Virus record (IMG/VR): IMGVR_UViG_3300023176_002545
DNA from: a virus
Length of the DNA stretch: 64,000 nucleotides
Strand: one strand, 5' to 3'
Shown here: positions 56,169-64,000 of the stretch, one piece after another
How the letters are laid out: each line of letters opens with the position of its first letter
Numbering within the stretch: the stretch's first letter is position 1
The notes under the pieces: model-generated
Database searches by the model: none
Told to the model about the DNA's origin: nothing
Seen by the model: only the letters and a program-made list of their open reading frames with translations
Program-made: the position numbers and the translations under genes

Positions 56169-59100
56169 ATGTCCACAACCAACAGACAAAACAGATTACT
56201 GGTAGCAGAGGATTGGAAAAGAATCTATCAAAGCTACCAAAATGCAGACTTTAAGTCCTATGATTTTGACAATCTACGTAGGGCTATGATTACATATTTG
56301 CGTAACAACTACGCAGAAGATTTTAACGATTATATTGAGAGTTCAGAGTACCTTGCACTTATTGACCTTATTGCTTTCTTAGGTCAAAACCTTTCTTACC
56401 GCATTGACCTTAACGCAAGAGAAAACTTTTTAGAACTAGCAGAACGCCGCGAAAGTGTATTGCGTATTGCTAGAATGCTTTCTTATAATCCAAAACGCAA
56501 TAAACCTGCTAACGGTTTATTACGTATTTCTACAATTACAACAACAGAAGCAGTTTTTGACAATAACGGTACTAATCTAAGTAATGTTACAGTTGAATGG
56601 AATGACAGTTCAAACCCAGACTGGTTTGAACAAATGACAAAAATACTCAATGCTGCTCTTACAAAACGTAATCCTATTGGAACACCTATCCAAAGCGAAA
56701 AAGTTGGTACTGTTGACACAAGCACTTATAAAATTAACTCTAGTAAACGTTCTGTTCCTGTATATCAATTTACAAAAACTGTTGATGGCAGAAGCCTTAA
56801 CTTTGAAGTAACAAGTGCAACTATTGAAGATAATGCCATTGTTGAAGAAACACCTCTACCAGGCAACAGTTTAAGTTTACTCTATAGAGACGATGGTGCA
56901 GGACCAGGCAGTGTAAACACTGGATTCTTTTGCCACTTCCGTCAAGGAACACTGCAAAACGCAGATTTTAGTATTGAAAATCCTAGTAATAATCAAATAG
57001 TTTCTTTAGATGTTGAAAATATCAACAATGAAGATTTATGGTTGTATCAATTAGATTCAAACGGAAGCGAACAAAACTTATGGACAAAAGTTGACAGCAT
57101 TGAAGGTAACAATGTAGTTTACAATTCAGTTAATAAAAATATTAGAAACATTTATTTCCCACAAACACGTCTTGGAGATAAAGTTAATTTAATTTTTAGT
57201 GACGGTACTTTTGGATCATTACCAAAAGGAATTTTCCGTGCATACTACCGCACATCAGTAAATGCAGCATTTACAATTTCTCCAAGAAATATTAGAAACG
57301 TTACTGTAAATATACCTTATATTAGTGAAAAAGGTAAAACCGAAACACTTAACTTAAACTTAGAATTAACAACAACTGTTAATAACTCAACAGAAACAGA
57401 ATCAAACGAAGAAATTAAAATAAATGCACCTGCTCTGTATTATACACAGAACAGAATGATAACAGCAGAAGATTATAGTGTTGCTCCTCTAGCAGTAAGC
57501 CAAGACATTGTTAAAGTAAAAGCAGTTAACCGTGTTGCTAGTGGTTATAGTAGATATTTTGATCTTGTAGATTCAACAGGAAAATACTCTAACACTAATA
57601 TATTTTCAAACGACGGCATTGTTTATAGAGAAGAATATTTTGAAAAAGCAGAATTTAGTTTTACTAATAAAACACAAGTAGAAGATATAATTTATAATAC
57701 TGTAACTCCTATTATTAGAAGTCCAGAGCTAAGAAACTATTACTATAAAAACTTTGCACAAGTTGATATGACATCATATAATTCAACTTATACTCAAGTT
57801 ACTTCGGAAACAAATTTATCAACAGGCTTTTTCCTAAACACAAATGACAACAGCATTTATAAAGTAGGTTCAGCATATACTGGCGGTAACTTTAAATATA
57901 TCCAAGCAGGTTCTTTGTGTAAGTTTATAGCACCAACAGGATATAAATTTGATCTAAACAACAACAATGCACTAGTTAGTGACACTAATGAAAATGAAGG
58001 ACTTTCTTCATACAAGTGGGTTAAAATTGTTAATGTATTAGGTGACGGAACAGCAAACGGCACAGGCATTGCAAATAACGTAGGTACTATTACTTTAAAT
58101 GATTCTATTCCTACAGGATCAGTGTTGCAAAAAATTGTACCAAAATTAGCTCAAGGATTGATTACAGACATTGCTAACAAAACAATTGATCTAATTTTTG
58201 CATATAAGAATTTTGGTCTAAGATATGATATTGTAAGTGCTTCTTGGAAAATTATTTTAAATGACAACCTAGATACTGTTTCGCCTTTTGGTTTAGGTAA
58301 AGCAGGTGACACATCGGCACAAAATCTTGACTCAAGTTGGCTCATACTATTTGAAACAACTGGACAAAAGTATACAATTACATATAGAAATCTAAGATAC
58401 GTATTTGAAAGCGAAAAAGAAACTCGCTTCTACTACGACAGTTCAGATAAAGTATATGACAACAGAACTAACAGAATAGTAAAAGACAAGATCAGTGTGT
58501 TAGGAATAAACACACAGCCACAGTCAACACAACCGTTTACTAGAAACTATGATTGGGAAATTGTCAAAGCATACAAAGAAGAAAATGGTTACTTAGACAC
58601 TAAAAAGATTCAAGTAACATTTTTTGATTCAGATGATGACGGTGTTGTAGACGATCCAGATCTATTTGTAGAAATTGTTGCACCAACAGTAAATTTAGCA
58701 GAAAAGTTTGTAATACAAAAACGTTCAACTAATATTGACAATGTTGAAGAATGGAGTTTTATTGATATTGCTGCTGAAGGAATTATTATACTTGAAAACG
58801 AAGCAGCATTGCAAACCGTAACAAGTTATACAAACAATCAGCTGTTCTATTTTATACAAACAAACGTATTTAAAAACTTAAACACATTAAATGCAAGACT
58901 TTCTATTAATAACAATTACAGAGCATATGTAGGCCGTAAAGGTCTTAAATTCCATTATGTACATGCAGCAGACTACAACCAAAGAATAGATCCTAGTGCA
59001 AGTAACATTGTTGATGTGTACATGTTAACTAGAAACTATGATGTAGAGTTTGGTCGTTGGTTAAAAGGTTTGAGCGAATCAAAACCTTTACCGCCCAGCA

Positions 59101-59621
59101 CAAATCAAATGTATTATGATTATGGAAAACAACTTAACAATATAAAATCAATTAGTGATGAAATTGTATATCATCCTGTAAATTATAAAGTGTTGTTTGG
59201 ATCAAAAGCTGAATCTAAACTACAAGCAAGTATTAAAGTAGTGAAAAACGAAGAAGTTGTTGTCAGTGATAATGATATCAAAACTCGTGTAGTATCTGCT
59301 ATAGACGAATTCTTTGACCCAGAAAACTGGGACTTTGGAGACACTTTTTATTGGAGCGAACTAAGTGCATACATAACATATAATCTAGCACCAGATATTG
59401 TTAGCGTTGTTATTGTACCTAGTGATGCATCGTTAACTTTTGGTTCTTTGTATCAAGTTAACAGTGAAAACAATGAGATATTTAAAAGCGGTGCAACAGT
59501 TAGTGATATAGAAATCATTGACGAAATCACAGCAGACAAGATTAAAGCCAGCGGATCAATAGCATACGTTTCTAGCGATACAACGTCGATCCAATCAGCA
59601 GCATTTAACGGAGATAGTTAA
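56169..59621 (+). CDS. gp6: Baseplate wedge protein, gp6-like (1150 aa)
   Basis: DFKSYDFDNLR, FLELAERRESVLRIARMLSYNPKR and QNRMITAEDY. Confidence 0.88.
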   Translation: MSTTNRQNRLLVAEDWKRIYQSYQNADFKSYDFDNLRRAMITYLRNNYAEDFNDYIESSEYLALIDLIAFLGQNLSYRIDLNARENFLELAERRESVLRIARMLSYNPKRNKPANGLLRISTITTTEAVFDNNGTNLSNVTVEWNDSSNPDWFEQMTKILNAALTKRNPIGTPIQSEKVGTVDTSTYKINSSKRSVPVYQFTKTVDGRSLNFEVTSATIEDNAIVEETPLPGNSLSLLYRDDGAGPGSVNTGFFCHFRQGTLQNADFSIENPSNNQIVSLDVENINNEDLWLYQLDSNGSEQNLWTKVDSIEGNNVVYNSVNKNIRNIYFPQTRLGDKVNLIFSDGTFGSLPKGIFRAYYRTSVNAAFTISPRNIRNVTVNIPYISEKGKTETLNLNLELTTTVNNSTETESNEEIKINAPALYYTQNRMITAEDYSVAPLAVSQDIVKVKAVNRVASGYSRYFDLVDSTGKYSNTNIFSNDGIVYREEYFEKAEFSFTNKTQVEDIIYNTVTPIIRSPELRNYYYKNFAQVDMTSYNSTYTQVTSETNLSTGFFLNTNDNSIYKVGSAYTGGNFKYIQAGSLCKFIAPTGYKFDLNNNNALVSDTNENEGLSSYKWVKIVNVLGDGTANGTGIANNVGTITLNDSIPTGSVLQKIVPKLAQGLITDIANKTIDLIFAYKNFGLRYDIVSASWKIILNDNLDTVSPFGLGKAGDTSAQNLDSSWLILFETTGQKYTITYRNLRYVFESEKETRFYYDSSDKVYDNRTNRIVKDKISVLGINTQPQSTQPFTRNYDWEIVKAYKEENGYLDTKKIQVTFFDSDDDGVVDDPDLFVEIVAPTVNLAEKFVIQKRSTNIDNVEEWSFIDIAAEGIIILENEAALQTVTSYTNNQLFYFIQTNVFKNLNTLNARLSINNNYRAYVGRKGLKFHYVHAADYNQRIDPSASNIVDVYMLTRNYDVEFGRWLKGLSESKPLPPSTNQMYYDYGKQLNNIKSISDEIVYHPVNYKVLFGSKAESKLQASIKVVKNEEVVVSDNDIKTRVVSAIDEFFDPENWDFGDTFYWSELSAYITYNLAPDIVSVVIVPSDASLTFGSLYQVNSENNEIFKSGATVSDIEIIDEITADKIKASGSIAYVSSDTTSIQSAAFNGDS

Positions 59622-59623
59622 TA

Positions 59624-62600
59624 ATGGCAAATGAGCAACAGGAAACCAATCTTCCAGGAGAAACTAGAGATGAAAGAAAAACATCTTTAGACCTGTTACC
59701 TAAGTATTTTAGATCTAATACTAATAAAAAGTTTTTAGCTGCAACATTAGATCCGTTAATACAAGATGGCCAGATTGAAAAACTCAATGGATATCTTGGT
59801 CGTAAAACAGCAAAGTCTTTTAAAACAACTGATAACTATCTTCAAGATGTTACAGATGACAGACAAAATTATCAGTTAGAACCGGCACTAGTAGTTAAAG
59901 ATAATAACGAAAACATAACCTATTACAAAGACTACAACGATTATATTAACCAAATACGTGCATACGGTGGAAACACCGTCAACCATTCACGACTAAACAC
60001 TCAAGAATATTATTCTTGGGATCCTCGTGTTGATTGGGATAAGCTAACAAATTATAGAGAATATTATTGGATAAGTCAAGGCCCGGTTGCTATTAGCATT
60101 GCAGGTCAAGAAAAAGGTATTACTAGTACCTATACTGTAAAATTACAAAACAACGGTGATAACAAAAGTTATATATTAAGTCCTGATGGATTAACAAACA
60201 ATCCAACTATTAAACTATTTAGAGGACAAACATATAACTTTGAAGTTGATCAAAAAAATAATCCTTTCTTTATTAAAACTAAAAAGACCAAAGACGGATT
60301 TGAATACAATGAAGATGTAGTAAACAATGGTATTGAAAAAGGCATTGTTACAATTACCATTGATCAAAACACTCCGGATATTTTATATTATGTTAACACC
60401 GCAGATCTAAATGCATCTGGACTTATACAAGTTTTAGAAATTGAAGAAAATACCGAAATTGATGTTGACAATGAAATTGTAGGTAAAAAAACATATCAAT
60501 TAAAAAGTGGACACTATCTATCAAATGGTATGAAGGTTAACTTTTTAGGTGATGTTACTCCTGCAAAATATGCTGAAGGTAACTGGTACGTAGAAGGTGT
60601 TGGCAAAGAAATTGTTCTTGTTAGCGAACAAGAATTAGAAACAACATATCCGGGACAGGTACTAGAAGAACTACAGTTTGACGATGTAGCATTTGATATT
60701 GTACCTTTTGACCAAAACTCAGAAAAAGACAAAGATTACATTACAATTAACCGTGCAGCATATGACGGTAATCACTGGAGCCGTGCTAACCGTTGGTTCC
60801 ATAAAGATGTAATCGAAAAAAGTTTTGAAATTGTTGGTCTAACACCAGTTATTGATCAAACTGCAAGAGCAAACAGACCTATTCTTGAATTTATTCCTGG
60901 CATACAATTATACAACAATGGCTGGAATAGAATAGGCGATGTTGATCTAGTTGATACAACTACAACAAATATAATGAGCGAAATTGAAGGCTCTATTGGT
61001 TATTATGTTGATAACATAAATCTTGTTGAAGGCATGAGAGTTATCTTTACAGCAGACACTGATCTTTTAATTCGCGATAAGATTTTTACTGTTAAATTTA
61101 TACGATTTGAAAATGAAAGATTGATCACTCTTATTCCTGACAACGACATAGAAATTGCAACTGGCGACACTGTTATAGTAAAATCAGGTAAAGTAAATCA
61201 AGGTAAACAATTCTGGTTCAATGGAACACAATGGACTGAAGCACAACAAAAAACAGCTTCTAACCAGCCACCATTGTTTGACCTTTTTGACGGTAATGGT
61301 GTTAGCCTTAGTGATTCATCTGTTTACGGTGCAACTTCTTTTGTTGGAAACAAAGTATTTTCCTTTGCAGTTGGCAACGGAACTGCTGACAGTGTATTAG
61401 GGTTTCCATTAAAATATCTAAGTATTTCAAACATTGGTGATATTTTATTTGAATGTAACTTGCTAAGTGACACTTACGAATATGTTAAAAACGAAAAGAA
61501 ATTTTCAATCAATGCAGACGACACTTACATTAAAGTTTGGAGACGAGCTACAAAAACATTTGGGTATCACAGTGCATGGGAACGAGCAGTTACCGAAAGC
61601 AAACAAGAAGTAATTAGACATTATATTGCAGATCTTACACGTAATAGTTTTGAAATAGATGTTTATGACAGTCCTGCAGAACTTAGCGATCTTAAAGTTA
61701 AAGTTTTTGTAAACAATAAACTTAGAAGAGATTACACACTAACAACTGGTGCTAATGGATCTTTATATGTAACCTTTGATGCTGACCTTAATGAAAATGA
61801 TGGTATTATAATTAAAACAACGTCATTAGAAAACAAGAATGACAACGGCTATTACGAGTTTCCATTAAACTTACAAAACAATCCTAACAATGATAATCCG
61901 GTTAATATCACACTTGGTGAAATAACAGATCACGTTGAGTCTATTGCAAATGCTCATCCTGACTTTGAAGGATCATTTCCCGGCGTAACAAATTTAAGAG
62001 ATATTGCAACACTAAGCGGTTATGGAACACGTTTTGTAAAACATTCTGGTCCATTAAATATTGCTCTTTATCACCTAACAAACAAAGATACAAATGTTAT
62101 TAAGGCAATTGAGTATGCAGCAAAATCATATGATACTTTCCAAAAAACATTTTTAGATCAAATTACAACATTTAATATTACAAACGATCCTAATATAGAT
62201 GTTGATAATATTTTAGAAAATATAACAAAAACAAACAAAGTTGGAGATAGTTTCTATAACAGTGGCATGGTGCCTTTTAGAGCATTTAATAAAATTGTTC
62301 ATACTGTTGTTGATCCTAGTTTTGAACTTTACGGCATTTCAGAAATATACGAACCGTACAAACATCAAGACAAAGCACTGTTAGTTTATTTGAATAACGA
62401 ACAATTATTACTAGGTTCAGAGTACGAGTTTATTGACGATAACTTTGTTAAGATATTAAAAACACTAGCAGTAGATGATACTATAGAAATTAGAGAATAT
62501 TCTACACTAGTAGGTAACTACATTCCACCAACTCCTTCAAAGTTAGGTATGTTACCTAAATATGAACCTAAAAAATATTTAGACACTACACTAAGAATAC

Positions 62601-64000
62601 CTGTAAATGTAATACAAGGACACGACGGCAGCATTATTCGTGCTTTTGATGATTACAGAGATGAATTAATATTAGAATTAGAACGTAGAATTTATAATAA
62701 TATTAAAATTCAATATACTAATGATCTTATAGATATCTATAATTTTTACCCTGGCGGCTTTAGAACAACAGATTATTCTCTAACAGAAACTAATAATATT
62801 TTGCGTCCAATGTTCTTAAAGTGGCACAAAAATTTAACAACTTCTTATACTGACAATACCTTCTATGCCGAAGGTGAACCATTTACATATAATTACAGTT
62901 CGGGTTCATTTAATGGGAAACAACTTCCAGGTTTCTGGAGAGGAATATACCTATACTGGTATGATACTGATCGCCCACATTTAACTCCTTGGGAAATGCT
63001 AGGATACAGCATTCAACCTACATGGTGGGAGGACACATATGGTCCTGCTCCGTATACTAGTGAAAACTTAATTCTATGGAGAGACTTACAAGAAGGTCGT
63101 ATAAAAGAACCTGGAAATCAGCGTGTAGACAATGACTTTAGTCGTCCAGGTTTATTAGATATTATTCCTGTTGACGAAAACGGAAGACTCAAAGATCCTA
63201 TCTTTACAAACATTGCACAAAATTATGAAGCAACATTGTTTGGCAGTGAGTATAAGTTTGGTGACTTTGCACCGGTTGAAAATGCATGGAGACGTTCTAG
63301 CACCTATAGATTCTCTCAACTAGCAGCATGGTTCTTAAGCAAACCATCACAAGTATTTGGTGTTTATCTTGATAGAGCACATACTGCTCGTGATGTATCC
63401 GGTATTGTAAAATACGCAGGTGAATATGTGAGCCTAGCAGGGCTTTCTGATAAAGTTTCTAACACTGCTCTTGCAAGCGGCCTTATTGATTATGTTAACA
63501 ATTGGCTTTACCAAACAAGTTCTTCTTTTGTTGAAAATTACAAATTTGATCTAGCAAATGCAACCAACCAGTTGGGTGCTAAACTTGCAGGTTATACTGA
63601 AAAGTCTAAATTTAGATTAATACTAGACAGTCGTACTCCTTTAAATGAAGGCAATGTTTTCATTCCATCTGAGAACTATGAAATTTTCTTAAACAAAAGT
63701 TCTCCAGTTGACGTACTTGCTTACAGTGGTGTAATTATTGAAAAACGTACTAATGGATTTTTAATTAGAGGCTATGATCAAAAATTCCCTTATTTTACAT
63801 ATAGACCTGTACTTACTTCTCAAAACGACACATTAATAACAATAGGTGCAATTAGTGAAAGTTTTATTAACTGGGCAGAAGAGAAAAACTACATTGAAGG
63901 TAAAACTGTACAGTATGCAGGAAACTTTTATAGATGTAAAGAATCACATACCAGTGACGAAAACTTTGATGAAACTAAGTTTGTACGTTTGCCGTCATTA
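59624..64000 (+). CDS. Very large baseplate/virion protein, 3'-truncated by the window end (over 1450 aa)
   Basis: ATG 59624 (MANEQQ...DLLPKYFRSNTNKKFLAATLDPL). The same frame is open at the window end (NFDETKFVRLPSL). Absent from the track because it has no stop; I did not check every internal codon. Confidence 0.75.
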   Translation, partial: MANEQQETNLPGETRDERKTSLDLLPKYFRSNTNKKFLAATLDPLIQDGQIEKLNGYLGRKTAKSFKTTDNYLQDVTDDRQNYQLEPALVVKDNNENITYYKDYNDYINQIRAYGGNTVNHSRLNTQEYYSWDPRVDWDKLTNYREYYWISQGPVAISIAGQEKGITSTYTVKLQNNGDNKSYILSPDGLTNNPTIKLFRGQTYNFEVDQKNNPFFIKTKKTKDGFEYNEDVVNNGIEKGIVTITIDQNTPDILYYVNTADLNASGLIQVLEIEENTEIDVDNEIVGKKTYQLKSGHYLSNGMKVNFLGDVTPAKYAEGNWYVEGVGKEIVLVSEQELETTYPGQVLEELQFDDVAFDIVPFDQNSEKDKDYITINRAAYDGNHWSRANRWFHKDVIEKSFEIVGLTPVIDQTARANRPILEFIPGIQLYNNGWNRIGDVDLVDTTTTNIMSEIEGSIGYYVDNINLVEGMRVIFTADTDLLIRDKIFTVKFIRFENERLITLIPDNDIEIATGDTVIVKSGKVNQGKQFWFNGTQWTEAQQKTASNQPPLFDLFDGNGVSLSDSSVYGATSFVGNKVFSFAVGNGTADSVLGFPLKYLSISNIGDILFECNLLSDTYEYVKNEKKFSINADDTYIKVWRRATKTFGYHSAWERAVTESKQEVIRHYIADLTRNSFEIDVYDSPAELSDLKVKVFVNNKLRRDYTLTTGANGSLYVTFDADLNENDGIIIKTTSLENKNDNGYYEFPLNLQNNPNNDNPVNITLGEITDHVESIANAHPDFEGSFPGVTNLRDIATLSGYGTRFVKHSGPLNIALYHLTNKDTNVIKAIEYAAKSYDTFQKTFLDQITTFNITNDPNIDVDNILENITKTNKVGDSFYNSGMVPFRAFNKIVHTVVDPSFELYGISEIYEPYKHQDKALLVYLNNEQLLLGSEYEFIDDNFVKILKTLAVDDTIEIREYSTLVGNYIPPTPSKLGMLPKYEPKKYLDTTLRIPVNVIQGHDGSIIRAFDDYRDELILELERRIYNNIKIQYTNDLIDIYNFYPGGFRTTDYSLTETNNILRPMFLKWHKNLTTSYTDNTFYAEGEPFTYNYSSGSFNGKQLPGFWRGIYLYWYDTDRPHLTPWEMLGYSIQPTWWEDTYGPAPYTSENLILWRDLQEGRIKEPGNQRVDNDFSRPGLLDIIPVDENGRLKDPIFTNIAQNYEATLFGSEYKFGDFAPVENAWRRSSTYRFSQLAAWFLSKPSQVFGVYLDRAHTARDVSGIVKYAGEYVSLAGLSDKVSNTALASGLIDYVNNWLYQTSSSFVENYKFDLANATNQLGAKLAGYTEKSKFRLILDSRTPLNEGNVFIPSENYEIFLNKSSPVDVLAYSGVIIEKRTNGFLIRGYDQKFPYFTYRPVLTSQNDTLITIGAISESFINWAEEKNYIEGKTVQYAGNFYRCKESHTSDENFDETKFVRLPSL

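Noticed and set aside
1-64000. Stop-codon reassignment
   Set aside because: Core genes are full length under the standard code and TAA, TAG and TGA all terminate genes normally.

Overview
64 kb segment of a large, AT-rich T4-like myovirus genome, both ends inside genes. It holds the head module (gp20, gp21, gp22, gp23), baseplate and tail genes (gp26-, gp48/54-, gp53-, gp27-, gp5-, gp25-, gp6-like, tape-measure-like, two very large fibre/virion proteins), gp46/gp47, a GIY-YIG nuclease and a gp55-like late sigma factor. Late TAAATA promoters and two sigma70 promoters are readable in the sequence. Standout observations: (1) a 13.5 kb peptide/protein-modification locus with nine radical SAM enzymes, two Fe/2OG-type oxygenases and two paralogous ~125-aa proteins ending in CHxSCHYSCHGSRGRR, translationally coupled to a 4221-aa tail fibre gene; (2) nine tandem ~160-aa repeats in that fibre that match the bilin-binding C-x-R-D helix of phycobiliproteins; (3) a cassette missing from the ORF track, just after gp23, made of a late promoter, a class I glutamine riboswitch, a 28-aa ORF, a 23-aa pqqA and a terminator; (4) a probable programmed -1 frameshift at the end of the gp26-like gene; (5) a ~520-nt hairpin-rich non-coding region. 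All family assignments come from motif recognition by eye; no database searches were run.
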